Source: Nitrospinaceae bacterium (GTDB taxonomy: Bacteria; Nitrospinota; Nitrospinia; Nitrospinales; Nitrospinaceae). Taken from it: a stretch of DNA of 64,000 bases. The DNA lies in NCBI GenBank assembly GCA_965237905.1, contig OZ250172.1, positions 2,560,001-2,624,000 on the forward strand, written 5' to 3'. The notes under the pieces are model-generated. The model saw only the letters and a list, made by a program, of their open reading frames with translations. It had not been told where the DNA came from and did no database searches. Made by a program: the position numbers and the translations under genes. Below, piece after piece: positions 1 to 10,443 of this stretch. The stretch's first letter is position 1. Each line of letters begins with the position of its first letter.

Positions 1-134
1 AGCGTGGACCCATCCTTCGTCTCACTTTTGAGGCGGGTCAACGGCTCCTGGAGGATGGCCGCCATCCGCTCATTCGCGGGAAAGCAAAGGTTTTCCTTGC
101 GTGTGAGAGCCTCAATCAGCTGGTCCTTGTTCAT
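1..134 (-). CDS. Hypothetical protein, N-terminal fragment running off the window (MNKDQLIEALTRKENLCFPANERM...)
   Basis: Open frame from ATG at 134 to the window edge, downstream of a perfect sigma70 promoter at 179-207. Confidence 0.55.
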   Translation of the reverse strand, partial: MNKDQLIEALTRKENLCFPANERMAAILQEPLTRLKSETKDGST

Positions 135-178
135 CAGCAAAAAAACCCTTGAAAACGGTGATATTAGAACGAAGAGGG

Positions 179-207
179 ATTATAGGGAGCCGGTCGGAAA
201 CTGTCAA
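179..207 (-). promoter_or_regulatory. Sigma70 promoter, perfect consensus TTGACA-17-TATAAT
   Basis: Plus strand attata(179-184)...tgtcaa(202-207), 17-bp spacer. Confidence 0.8.
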
Positions 208-219
208 ATGAACCTTAGG

Positions 220-248
220 TTGACAGTGCCGTCTTCGGAACATATAAT
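220..248 (+). promoter_or_regulatory. Sigma70 promoter, perfect consensus TTGACA-17-TATAAT, for the TPR gene
   Basis: ttgaca 220-225, tataat 243-248. Confidence 0.8.
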
Positions 249-355
249 CCACAGAGAATCCTGATAAAAATCAGTTTGTTAGATAATTTGAGGGCCATTT
301 CCCGGCCCCTATTTTTTAGGGGTTTATACCCTTTTTGTATTAGAGAGAGACGTTC

Positions 356-2989
356 ATGGAAAAACAATCGACCGGCAGTGCCAATGACGAGAGCAAGAAG
401 TATGAGCAGATGGCTTACACCAGCCTTCAGAAAAAAGATTTCAAGGAAGCGGAAACGAACTTCCTGACGGCCCTCAAGCATATGGAGGATTCGGGCGACG
501 AAACCGGGCAGGCGTATACCCTCGGCAACCTCGGCAACATCTCTTTTCAGCGGCGTCGGTGGGACGAGGCCCGGGACTACTACGAAAAATCCCTCACATT
601 GATGGAAAAGCTGAAAGATGAAAGAGGCATTGAAAGCTCCCTCGGCAACCTCGGCAACGTGAGTTTTTACCAGGGTGAGCTGGACGTCGCGCAGGAAAAT
701 TATGTGAAGGCCCTCAAGCTGGTCGAGCAGAGCCAGAACCTGAATGGTCAAATCCAATACAACGAAAATCTCGGCAACATTGCATTGCAGAAAAGAGATT
801 TCCAGGTGGCCGAGCAGCATTTTGAAGCGGTCAGGACGTTCCTGATGTCGGAGAAGGAAGACGCCGAGCGCATTGCTGTGGTGGAAGAGAAAATCAAATC
901 CATCAAAAAACAGCCGGAGTATCTCGAAGCGAAGGAAAAGGATGCGCAGGGTGAAATCGACCAACTGACCCAGGACAAGCGCCATTCCGATCTCATCAAG
1001 AAATATCAGGAACTGGAGGAGATGTTCTACGAGGCGAAACGCTTCGACAAGGTGATCGAGATCAACCGCAAGATCATCGGCGTGCTGGAGGAAATGAACG
1101 ACGCGGCGTCGATTGCCATCTGCCACGCCAACCTGGGGAGCACACTGTTGCAGGAAGGATTGGGCGGCAAGCCGGAGCTGTTGGACCAGGCAGAAACAAA
1201 TTTCAAACAAGCGCTGGAGTTCGTTGAAAAGCAGAATGACCAGCGCCGTCAAGCCTACCTTCTCGGAAACCTCGGTATTTTATATCTCCATAAAAAAGAC
1301 TTCGACCAGTCGTACGACTATTACAACCGCTCGCTGAAGATTATGACCGAGATGGGTGACGAGCTGGGGGAGGCCCGCAGTTACGCCAACCTGGGGAAAA
1401 TCGAATCTCTCAAGAAAAACTGGGACGCGGCGGCGGAGCAATATGGCAAATCCCTGCAGATCATGGAAAAACTCCAGAACCGGCCCGGTATGGCCCAGCA
1501 GAACGAGGCCTTGGGCGAGGTCTTTCTACAAAAGGAGAATTTTGAGGAGGCGGAAAAATTTCTGCAAAACGCCAACGCCATGTACGAAGCCCTGAAAGAC
1601 CCGCAGGGTGTCCGGATCGTTCAAGACAAATTGCTCTACCTCATCAGCCATCCCGAGACCATCCAGAAGCGTAAGGAAGAAATCGAGGCCGAACTCAAAA
1701 AACCGGAAGTGGAGAAAGATAACGCCAAAAAGATCTCGCTGTTGACCGATCTCGGGAACACGTTTTTCCTGGGGAATCAACTCGATGATGCGCGGGACGC
1801 TTTGGAAAGAGTTTTGAAAATCCAGGAAGAGACCGGCGACAAGAGCGGTATGAGTTCCACCTGCGGCAACCTGGGGAGCATCCTGTCGGAAGGGGAAAGC
1901 TGGGAGGCGTCGGATCAATATTATGAAAAAGCCATAGCGCTTCGCGAGGAGTTGAGTTCCGATGCCACCGCTCTGCTGGAATTGTACGGCAACCGTGCCA
2001 TTGTGCTGATCCACCTGAACAAGCTGGACAAAGCGGAAAAGCTGTTGAAGCAATCCCTCAAGATCAACGAAAAGACCGGGAGCGGAAGGGGCTTGCTCAG
2101 CGATTACCGAAATCTGGGCAACCTCAATCTGCAGAAGCGGGACTGGGCCGGGGCCGAGCAGTTTTACAAGAAATCGCTCGACCTCAACACCAAGGTCAAA
2201 AACCAGCAGGAAATGGCGGAAGATTACCGGAACCTGTTCAACCTGTACGTGCACAACGAGAATTGGAACGAGGCGGAGAAGTATTGCCAACAAGCCCTGG
2301 ACATTGCCGAGGAACTGCAGGATCTTCGGAATGCCTGCCAGGACATCCGCAGTTTAGCGAAGATTTATAACGAGAAGAAGGACCGTTCCAAGGTGGAGCC
2401 CTATTACAAGATGGCGCTGGAACGATCGCAGAAGCTGGATGATCCGCGGGAAATCGCCATCGACCTCAGAAACCTCGGCGCGCTTTATCTGGAAAAGGGA
2501 TACACCGAAAAAGCCGAAGAGTATTACAAGCAGGCGTTGGGCATTTCCGAAGAGTTGGGAGACCCCAAGGAGATGGCGGAAGATTTTCGCAATATGGGGA
2601 ATTATCATTTTCGGCGGGGCCAATCAGAGTATGCAGAGGAATATTATAAAAAAGCTCTGGATTACACGCTGAAGGTGGGCGATGCGTCCGGTTCGGCCAA
2701 GGATTATACCTTTATGGGCAACCTCAAGTTCAGGGGGAAGAAATTCGATGAGGCCGAGGAGTATTTCCAAAAAGCCGCCGGTATCTTTAATGACAAAAAG
2801 AACTTCGTCAATCTGGTGCAGTTGTACATGACCGTAGCTCGGATGAACCTGGCCGAGTCGCTCAAGGATCCCTGTGAAAGTTACCTGAACCGGGCGGAAG
2901 AAGTGGCCCAACTGCTGGGGAATCCTGAAAAGTTGACGAGTTCCATTGAAGAAATGCGGAAGACGGTCGAGAGGATCGATAAAATTTAA
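356..2989 (+). CDS. Large tetratricopeptide-repeat protein (877 aa)
   Basis: Many 40-aa TPR-like repeats of the form LGNLG..Y...G..DEA..YY.KAL. Confidence 0.9.
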   Translation: MEKQSTGSANDESKKYEQMAYTSLQKKDFKEAETNFLTALKHMEDSGDETGQAYTLGNLGNISFQRRRWDEARDYYEKSLTLMEKLKDERGIESSLGNLGNVSFYQGELDVAQENYVKALKLVEQSQNLNGQIQYNENLGNIALQKRDFQVAEQHFEAVRTFLMSEKEDAERIAVVEEKIKSIKKQPEYLEAKEKDAQGEIDQLTQDKRHSDLIKKYQELEEMFYEAKRFDKVIEINRKIIGVLEEMNDAASIAICHANLGSTLLQEGLGGKPELLDQAETNFKQALEFVEKQNDQRRQAYLLGNLGILYLHKKDFDQSYDYYNRSLKIMTEMGDELGEARSYANLGKIESLKKNWDAAAEQYGKSLQIMEKLQNRPGMAQQNEALGEVFLQKENFEEAEKFLQNANAMYEALKDPQGVRIVQDKLLYLISHPETIQKRKEEIEAELKKPEVEKDNAKKISLLTDLGNTFFLGNQLDDARDALERVLKIQEETGDKSGMSSTCGNLGSILSEGESWEASDQYYEKAIALREELSSDATALLELYGNRAIVLIHLNKLDKAEKLLKQSLKINEKTGSGRGLLSDYRNLGNLNLQKRDWAGAEQFYKKSLDLNTKVKNQQEMAEDYRNLFNLYVHNENWNEAEKYCQQALDIAEELQDLRNACQDIRSLAKIYNEKKDRSKVEPYYKMALERSQKLDDPREIAIDLRNLGALYLEKGYTEKAEEYYKQALGISEELGDPKEMAEDFRNMGNYHFRRGQSEYAEEYYKKALDYTLKVGDASGSAKDYTFMGNLKFRGKKFDEAEEYFQKAAGIFNDKKNFVNLVQLYMTVARMNLAESLKDPCESYLNRAEEVAQLLGNPEKLTSSIEEMRKTVERIDKI

Positions 2990-3230
2990 TCAGGTAAGGT
3001 ATTGACAAGGTTGAGGTTGTTGTTTTTGCGGCGAATCACGAATTTTACGGATACCGGTGTTTTCCCGAAAAGTGGAAGAACCCTTTTAAAAATAATTTTT
3101 TCACACCCGGAATCAGGGCTGAAAGTCTTGACAAGGGCGGGGTCATTCTATAAGTTTCAAGTATCCCCTTTTGAGGGAAACCTTATAATCCTTTAGTTGT
3201 AAGAATTTATTCCGATAGTTATCCAATCTT

Positions 3231-4436
3231 ATGAAAATCAACTACAGTCCCCAATTGATGGAAGAAGCGGTTTTCCGGCACCTGAACCATTTGGAACGTT
3301 CCGGAATGCGAGCCGATTACGACGAATACCATTCCCTGGCCGATCCCATTTATGAAATACCGGAAGATGACCGCGAAGAGGCTTTTGCCAAGGTCAATGA
3401 ACTGTTTTTCCGTGAAAAGCTGGAATTGGGCGACCACGTCCTACGATCATTAGAAGCCTGCGGATTGATCCCCAAACGGCAGAAAAGCCCCAAAAAGGCT
3501 CTCGCGCCCGCGGGCGAAAGTGCCGGGGAAAGCGGCGTGGCCGTGGCGGAGGGTGATGAAGGATCGAGCGAAGATTCGGAAGAGACGGACACCGAAGTGG
3601 AATCTTCTGAAGAGACACCCGAGGCGGAACTGATAGAAACTCTGGACGACACGTCGGCGCCCGTTGCTGAAGACCAATCGGAGGTCCAGTATGAGGAAGA
3701 GGAGCGAACGTTCGAGGAAAAAATCAAGGAGATCACGATCAAGCGCGCCATCAACAAGGTGGATGAAGGGTCCAACGTGCTGAATCGGGTTTCCGGTCTG
3801 CCGGTGATCGAAATGCGTGTGCTGGCCAGCCGCTTCGCCAATCCGGAGGAGATGGAAGAACTGGGGTCCTTTTTGATTCACGAGTTCATGCACGCGCGGG
3901 ACATGATGGATCCGGCATTCGATTACGAAGACGCCTTCATTCCCGGTAACCCGTCGATGAAAAACCTGATCACAGCGCGGTTCCGCCTGCTGTGGAATAT
4001 TTTCGTCGATTCGCGCCTGGCCCGGAAAAAAATCCAGTCCGTCATGACCAAGGAAGCGCGTTACCGTGAATTCGACAATTATTACCGGAAGATTCCCGAA
4101 CAGCAAAGGCGCGGAATTTTTGAGGGCCTGTGGGAAACGGAAAAGCTGAGCCACGAGGAATTACTGTCGATGGCCACCGACCTGGAAACTCTGATCAGTA
4201 CGTATATCGATTACTCGGAGGAGTTTACCGAGGAAGATCAAGAGTATATCCATCTGCAGGGGTCGCCCTGTCCGTTGTGCAAATTTCCGACGTACAACTG
4301 GGTGGATGATCCGGAAAGCGTATGCGATGAAATGGTTATCGAGGCCATTCAGATCGATTTCCCGGATTGGGAAAGCAAGGATGGTGGTTGTGACCGATGT
4401 ATCGAGGTTTACGAGTTGAGAGCCGGAACCTCTTGA
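3231..4436 (+). CDS. Hypothetical protein with HEXXH motif, acidic linker and C-terminal CxxC...CxxC
   Basis: 401-aa ORF; HEFMH, CPLC and CDRC motifs. Confidence 0.8.
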   Translation: MKINYSPQLMEEAVFRHLNHLERSGMRADYDEYHSLADPIYEIPEDDREEAFAKVNELFFREKLELGDHVLRSLEACGLIPKRQKSPKKALAPAGESAGESGVAVAEGDEGSSEDSEETDTEVESSEETPEAELIETLDDTSAPVAEDQSEVQYEEEERTFEEKIKEITIKRAINKVDEGSNVLNRVSGLPVIEMRVLASRFANPEEMEELGSFLIHEFMHARDMMDPAFDYEDAFIPGNPSMKNLITARFRLLWNIFVDSRLARKKIQSVMTKEARYREFDNYYRKIPEQQRRGIFEGLWETEKLSHEELLSMATDLETLISTYIDYSEEFTEEDQEYIHLQGSPCPLCKFPTYNWVDDPESVCDEMVIEAIQIDFPDWESKDGGCDRCIEVYELRAGTS

Positions 4437-4607
4437 TTTTTTTAAAGTTTGTGATAGTTTGAGTAATTAAAATTTCCTTTCGGCTTAAATTAAATTAAAC
4501 TTGTGGGCCGGACCGCAAGACGGGTTCTGGGGGGTTTGCAAGGCTTGAGGTTTTAAACGGAGATTGGGCCGTGTGTCGGCCTGACTATTATTTTTAGGGA
4601 GAGTCCC

Positions 4608-5435
4608 ATGTCCGAAGTGAGCGAAGTAAAAAATCAAGACCCGATTATGGTGAAGTTTGGTGAAACGGGATCTGTGGAAGATTGCAAGGAGCAGAGAATT
4701 TCCATGCAGTTGGCCCGCGGCCGGATTTATGACATTCTATCCAACGCGTTCAGTTATCCGTGGAACCGGAAGTTCTTTCGGCCCAAGTCCCTATTGGAGC
4801 CGTTCGATGTGGCTCTGTTGGATGAGGAAGACTGGGGCAGAGTTAAGGAAATGATCGGACGCTTTGGCAAGTACCTCCCAAAAATGGCTTTGAAGCAAGT
4901 GCAACAGGAATATGTCCGTGTTTTCGGACACGCGGTTTCCCAGGAATGTCCTCCTTACGAAATGCAGTACGGAACCGAGGGCGGAATTCAGTCCCAGACC
5001 GATGTTTTGATCCAGCTCGGCGGTTTTTATGAAACGTTCGGATTTGAGTTTCCCAAAAGCCGCGGCAAGGAACGAGTTGATCATATTTCCGTGGAACTCT
5101 CCTTTTTGTCGTATCTGTGTTTCCGGGAAGCCTATGGCATCACCAACGGCCACGATGAGAAGAAAATCGCCGTGGTGCGTTCCACCGCCAAGAAATTTCT
5201 CCGCAACCATATCGGACGCTGGACTCCCTTGTTCTGCATTTTTACAGCGCGCAAGGCGGAGCGGGGTATGTACAAAGACATCATCGACATTCTGTCACTG
5301 ATGGTGCAAAACGAGTGTTCCTTGCTGGATGTGAAGCCCATCAAGGTCGAAGAACCGGAGTATCGATCTCTTTCCTACAGTATGGAGAACGATTTGGTCG
5401 CCAACGCTCCAGCCGAATGTGAACCGATCAAATAA
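4608..5435 (+). CDS. TorD/DmsD-family molybdoenzyme maturation chaperone
   Basis: PPYE..Y, DHISVELSFL and FL..H.GRW motifs; RBS gggaga. Confidence 0.85.
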   Translation: MSEVSEVKNQDPIMVKFGETGSVEDCKEQRISMQLARGRIYDILSNAFSYPWNRKFFRPKSLLEPFDVALLDEEDWGRVKEMIGRFGKYLPKMALKQVQQEYVRVFGHAVSQECPPYEMQYGTEGGIQSQTDVLIQLGGFYETFGFEFPKSRGKERVDHISVELSFLSYLCFREAYGITNGHDEKKIAVVRSTAKKFLRNHIGRWTPLFCIFTARKAERGMYKDIIDILSLMVQNECSLLDVKPIKVEEPEYRSLSYSMENDLVANAPAECEPIK

Positions 5436-6033
5436 CCTGCCTCTACTGATTAAAATCAGGTTCCCCTCCAAAACGGGATCCGGATAGTGGCTCATTGCAA
5501 AACCTTTGTTGTAGTTTTACTTGCCCTATCGGGAAGGGTTCCTGCCATTTCCGTCAGTGCCATGACTATTGAAGCGGTCCGTGTTCCCAGCAAAATACCG
5601 GTCAATCCCTCTCATCCCATCCGGTTTCTATATTCTGCAATATTAAATTCGACAGCCCGGCTCATATTGCCCTAACCTTTCCTAACAAAAGGGTTTATAG
5701 CGGTAATCCCTCCAGTCTTTTCGGGTCGGATTTTTTTAAAACCTAAAATCGCTTTCCCGCATCTTAATTAATGTAGTATTTGTGTCTTGTATTGCTTTTC
5801 AACATCAACAGCGCCCCACGGAATTTTGAATGGGGCTTAAATTGCCTTATTTTTTGCAAGTTCATCTTGATATATATAGAGCGGCAGTGGTGCGCTCAAA
5901 GGTTTTGAATCAATAACAAAATTGAGTTATTGGGTTGAAAATGCTTTAAACAGAAAAAAGTTTTTCGCCGGGAAGGTATTCAAACCTTTTTACCTGGATG
6001 AACCCAGATAAAGAATAAGGCGTTCCTTGCCTT

Positions 6034-7731
6034 ATGTTTGTATTTGATCCTTTGAATCAGGGGCTGGAGCTTCTGGCAAAAAGGGATTTACAAAATGCCG
6101 AATCTCTGTTCCTTAAGGTCATCAACGATCCTTATGTCCAGACGGATGATCTCGATCGCGCCCGTACCTATCTGAATGATATACGGTCCTGCCAGACGGG
6201 CAACAAGACCCTGGACTTCAATCAGTATAAAAAACTGTCCAGGAAAACGATTGTCTCCCTGGATATGGTTGATGATTTACTGTCCTCGATTTATTTTTCT
6301 CCCAGCCAAGCCTACGCAGACTTCGACCGCGAAATTCAGGAGAAGTCCCACTCCATTATCAGCCGCCTCAAGCAAATCAAGATCCGGGATATCGGAGCGA
6401 GAGACGATCTGTTTCAAAAAATCGAAAAGAACGGCATGCAGGTCATAAAGAAAAAGCTGTCTGCCGGAAAATCCAACGGCGGTTCGGGAGGTTTCGATCT
6501 TCACCGCTGGAAAACGATTTACCGCAAATTCATCGAAACCATCAATCCGGTTTTACTGGAGCGGCATCTCGAGCTTTTGGATTATATTCTGGTCACCGGG
6601 GAAATTGAAATGCTGGATGATCCCAAGTTGACGGCCTTGACTCCCAAGTACCGGTGGATCATAGAATCCACTCTGAAATCCAAATGGTATCTGCTCCGCA
6701 GTTATTTTTTCAAAGCCCGGTCGGAAATTGAGGGGCAATTCAGCAAAAAGGAAGGAACCCGCAAGTATTGGGAGGAAGTGAAATACAAGAAAATCAAGAT
6801 ATTCGAAATGTGCGGATTCCAGGAAAAAAATATCCAGAAATTTTTGTATATCGACAAATTAAACTATAAAACCCTCCACGATATTTATGAATTTGCCCAT
6901 AATCTGAATCTGGATTTAACTCCCCGGGATGTAAGTCTGGCCTTGCGCGGCGTGGATAAGGCCAAAGATCATATCAAAGAACGTGGCGGCTACCTGATGG
7001 GAAGCCGAAAGGACTTCCAGGGCCGGCTGATCGAACTCGGTTTCGATCCTGAGAATTCCTACCAAATTGCCCGCCAAGCTAAAAAAGCCAGCAACCATCA
7101 GATTGCCGAATCCTACGCGCAGGCCCTGCAGGTGGCCCGGAACGAAATTTACTGGTACCGGGTTCCACCGCAAAATACGAACCTGCGAAGAGATATTGAA
7201 GAACAATGTTGCAAGCATTTGAGCACGGTGCGCATTCATCTGTTCGATCGTGGCCGTTTGAACAAATTACTTCTGCAAAATGGCAAGCCTCTGATCCGGA
7301 AATACCTTGTCCAGGCTTATGGGGAGGATGTGGTGGACCTTCATTGCTATTTCCGGCTCGAAACCATCCATCAGTATTACAAACTTAAATTCTTCCAATA
7401 TCACAGGGATAGCCTGCCCAGCGTTTCGGAATTGATTAAAATCAGCCGAAAAGATTTCCAGCCGATGCTGATCGAAGGTTTTAACGCTTTCGTGAAGAAA
7501 AGACGGCTGAACATCCCGGAGTCATTGATGCGGGAGTTAAAAGAACATGCTTCCGTCACGGAATGGGAGGATGCCCACACCACTCCGGAAGAAAAGTTTT
7601 TACTGCGTTGCTGGTTTTTGATGGACCATGGGGTGTCGATCACACAGGGCTTGGTTCTTAAGGGAGTGTTGAGTTCCGGGTCGGACGTGTGGGATTTCCT
7701 GAAGAGTCAGGAGTCGGAGTGTAAAATCTGA
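6034..7731 (+). CDS. Hypothetical protein (565 aa)
   Basis: Long ORF with protein-like composition; no recognised family. Confidence 0.8.
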   Translation: MFVFDPLNQGLELLAKRDLQNAESLFLKVINDPYVQTDDLDRARTYLNDIRSCQTGNKTLDFNQYKKLSRKTIVSLDMVDDLLSSIYFSPSQAYADFDREIQEKSHSIISRLKQIKIRDIGARDDLFQKIEKNGMQVIKKKLSAGKSNGGSGGFDLHRWKTIYRKFIETINPVLLERHLELLDYILVTGEIEMLDDPKLTALTPKYRWIIESTLKSKWYLLRSYFFKARSEIEGQFSKKEGTRKYWEEVKYKKIKIFEMCGFQEKNIQKFLYIDKLNYKTLHDIYEFAHNLNLDLTPRDVSLALRGVDKAKDHIKERGGYLMGSRKDFQGRLIELGFDPENSYQIARQAKKASNHQIAESYAQALQVARNEIYWYRVPPQNTNLRRDIEEQCCKHLSTVRIHLFDRGRLNKLLLQNGKPLIRKYLVQAYGEDVVDLHCYFRLETIHQYYKLKFFQYHRDSLPSVSELIKISRKDFQPMLIEGFNAFVKKRRLNIPESLMRELKEHASVTEWEDAHTTPEEKFLLRCWFLMDHGVSITQGLVLKGVLSSGSDVWDFLKSQESECKI

Positions 7732-9428
7732 TTCAGACGGCTTTGCATATCCTTTAAAGGCATCAGATCGCCTTTCTTGGAAGCCGCTTCGATGCCCTTT
7801 TTATAAACATCCGCCGCTTCTTCCTTCCGCGAAAGCTTCTCCAGCGTTTTTCCCAGCGCCAGATAGGCCGCCGAGTGATCCCGGTAGTGTTCCACCACCG
7901 TTTTCAGCGGACCCAGGGCTTCCTCATACTTGCCCGTGTCGAGATAGATGGAACCCAAACCGAAGTTAGCCACTTGGTCGACGGGATCGATTTCCAGCAC
8001 CTTGTGGAACATTTCCACCTGCCGTTCCCGCTCCTCTTTTTCCTGCACGGTTTGCTTTGCCCGCGTCTTCTTCGCCTGATTTTCCTCGACCAGTTTTTCG
8101 AACTGGATCGCCGTGGCCTCGCCCTTTTCCATTTCGGCATCTTCAATGCGGCCCTGTTGCATGTAATAAATGGAAAGATTGGTGTGCGCCATGATTTCCT
8201 GCGGATCGATTTCCGCCAGCCGTTTCATCAACGCGATAGCCTCGTCCAGTTTGTTTTGCTTGGACAACATAACCCCCAACGCTTCGTATCCGGGCGCGTA
8301 CTTGGGATCGAGGGCGATGGCTTCGCGCAACAGGGCGATGGGAACGTCCAGGTTCTCCTCCTTTTTGAACCGGGTCAGCGCTTGTTGATGGAGCTGTTTG
8401 GCGCGCTCGGTTTTGCCGGCAGTCTGATAAAACGGGAGCAGGCAGGTGGTGATAGTCGCCGGTGCGTCGTTCAGCGTAACCTCGTAGGTTTGGTCGGGAC
8501 TGCGGAAATCCTTTTGCAGGTAGGCAAGTGCAATCACCTTGCCCAATGAGGGCGAATAAACCGAACTTTTAACCACGCCAATTTTTTTTGTTTTTATTTT
8601 GATGGTGGCATCCATGACAGGTGGCGCATCTCCATCGAGAATGATTCCCATAAGCGCGAACGCCGGTGAACCGTAGGTTTTGATGCGGGCGATCACTTCC
8701 TGTCCGATATAACAACCCTTGTGATAACTGACAGAGGTGTGTTCCAGCCCCGTTTCGGGAAGGATGTGGGTTTTGTCCATGTCCCGGCCGTAAACGGGAA
8801 GGCCCGCTTCGATTCTCAGGGTTTCACGGGCTTCTGTGCCGATCGGAACCAGGCCCACCGATTCGCCCGCTTGATGCAGGGCCTGGAGCAGGTCTGCTTT
8901 GCGGTCGGCGGAACATGCCAGGATATAACCTTCCTCACCGGTCAAGCTTTTACAGATTACCCAGGTTTCTATTCCATCAATGCTGGCCGTGAAAATATCG
9001 TTGGTGTTGTGGAGGCTGACGGCGGACTCGGTCAGGCGTTCCAGCACCACCGGACTTTTCGGGCCCTGTAGAGCCACCAGAAAATTAAAAGGCGTTTCGG
9101 TGTTCCACACCAGATCTTCCCGGAAATGATATTCCTCCAATTGATTGATCAGCGTATCCCGCTGGTGGGTTTCAAGGAGGACAAGCGCCGTGGTGTCCGA
9201 AGTTTTGTGCAGGGAGAAATTGCCCAGCAGGCGCGCTTTGCGGTCGACCAGTGCGTTGCCCAGGCCGGCCCCTATGGCCAGATTGAGAACGTCGTTAGTG
9301 GTCTGGGATTGAAGAAATGAAAAAGTGTCCTTGCCCGCCGCTTCCACCAGACAGAAGTCCTCTAGTAGAAAATAAACACAACCCTCGCGGGCCTGCTGGT
9401 GTTCTTCTGTAAGCGTGGTTACCGTCAT
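7707..9428 (-). CDS. ygfZ: YgfZ/GcvT-family folate-binding Fe-S assembly protein fused to C-terminal TPRs
   Basis: KGCYIGQE signature, GcvT-like N-terminus, TPR tail. Confidence 0.85.
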   Translation of the reverse strand: MTVTTLTEEHQQAREGCVYFLLEDFCLVEAAGKDTFSFLQSQTTNDVLNLAIGAGLGNALVDRKARLLGNFSLHKTSDTTALVLLETHQRDTLINQLEEYHFREDLVWNTETPFNFLVALQGPKSPVVLERLTESAVSLHNTNDIFTASIDGIETWVICKSLTGEEGYILACSADRKADLLQALHQAGESVGLVPIGTEARETLRIEAGLPVYGRDMDKTHILPETGLEHTSVSYHKGCYIGQEVIARIKTYGSPAFALMGIILDGDAPPVMDATIKIKTKKIGVVKSSVYSPSLGKVIALAYLQKDFRSPDQTYEVTLNDAPATITTCLLPFYQTAGKTERAKQLHQQALTRFKKEENLDVPIALLREAIALDPKYAPGYEALGVMLSKQNKLDEAIALMKRLAEIDPQEIMAHTNLSIYYMQQGRIEDAEMEKGEATAIQFEKLVEENQAKKTRAKQTVQEKEERERQVEMFHKVLEIDPVDQVANFGLGSIYLDTGKYEEALGPLKTVVEHYRDHSAAYLALGKTLEKLSRKEEAADVYKKGIEAASKKGDLMPLKDMQSRLNQILHSDS

Positions 9429-9477
9429 CGGCCAATTTCCATTGGGATAGGGGAGGGTATCTCCCGGTTCAGAAATT

Positions 9478-9511
9478 AAAAAAGCGCACCGGCGAAATCA
9501 CCGGATGCGCT
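9478..9511 (-). terminator. Rho-independent terminator after iscA
   Basis: Minus strand agcgcatccggtga-ttt-cgccggtgcgct followed by a T run. Confidence 0.65.
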
Positions 9512-9535
9512 GAAAACGAGTCCAAGGTTTTGGGG

Positions 9536-9877
9536 TCAAGTCAGAGAAAACGACTCTCCACAACCGCAGGTGGACTTGGCGTTGGGGTTGACGAACACAA
9601 ACCCTTTTCCCTGCAGACCTCCCTGATAATCCAACTCCATCCCTTTCAGGTAGATCAGGCTTTTGGGGTCCATGAACACCTGGAATCCCTCGTGATCGAT
9701 CACGGTATCGCCGTCATCTTTCGGGGTGAATCCGAGGTCGTAGGAGAGACCGGAACAGCCGCCCCCCTTGACGCCGAGGCGTAACCCGATGCCGGGTTTG
9801 TTATCCTGCGCGATGAGTTTTTTTACCTCTTCCGAGGCAATGGGCGTAATGGCAACGAATTGTTGTGTATCGGGCAT
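9536..9877 (-). CDS. iscA: HesB/IscA/ErpA A-type Fe-S carrier
   Basis: GGCSG and CGCGESF motifs; start moved to the ATG at 9877 with RBS AGGGAG. Confidence 0.9.
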   Translation of the reverse strand: MPDTQQFVAITPIASEEVKKLIAQDNKPGIGLRLGVKGGGCSGLSYDLGFTPKDDGDTVIDHEGFQVFMDPKSLIYLKGMELDYQGGLQGKGFVFVNPNAKSTCGCGESFSLT

Positions 9878-9946
9878 TGAAGGCTCCCTGCAAATCAATA
9901 AGGTTTAACTGTTATTTAGATACCAAAATGGCCATTTAGTTTCATT

Positions 9947-9976
9947 ATTATACCGGAAATTTTCAGAGTCTGTCAA
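9947..9976 (-). promoter_or_regulatory. Sigma70 promoter TTGACA-18-TATAAT for iscA
   Basis: attata 9947-9952, tgtcaa 9971-9976. Confidence 0.65.
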
Positions 9977-10160
9977 ACATTGTGCCTGTGCCTCTATCTG
10001 GAGGATATCTTATAACTAATTGAAAAATAATGCTTTAGAAATATCCTTCTGGAGGGGGATTGTATGATATATTCCAGAAGAGCCAAAAAAGTTAAAACCT
10101 TTCGGGATCGCTTGAATCTTAATGCTTTGAATTTAAGCTGTCAAAGAGAAAGGTAAGCAA

Positions 10161-10394
10161 ATGATCAGAATTCCGGACTTGATCGAATTGGTCCAAGCGA
10201 AAATTCCTGATGCGGAAGTCAACGCCATGGACAAAACAGGGATGAGCGACCACTTTATTATCCATGTCGTTTCCAAGGAATTTGATGGAAAGAACGTCAT
10301 GGAGCGTCACCGAATGGTTCAGGGTTGCCTGACCGATGCTATGAAAGATGGACGAATCCACGCGGCGGAAATCAAAACGGATGTTCCCGCGTAA
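10161..10394 (+). CDS. bolA: BolA-family protein
   Basis: DHF.I.VVS..F.G....RHRMV...L and IHA motifs. Confidence 0.9.
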   Translation: MIRIPDLIELVQAKIPDAEVNAMDKTGMSDHFIIHVVSKEFDGKNVMERHRMVQGCLTDAMKDGRIHAAEIKTDVPA

Positions 10395-10443
10395 ATAAAA
10401 TAATAACTTAAATCATATACAATGCTTTTTTAAGGAGTTGCCA

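Noticed and set aside
215..2911. Long - strand ORFs (345 aa, 255 aa and others)
   Set aside because: Antisense shadows of the TPR gene.
5436..6033. 600-bp intergenic region as a riboswitch or ncRNA
   Set aside because: No recognisable motif or convincing structure by eye; an Rfam scan would be needed.
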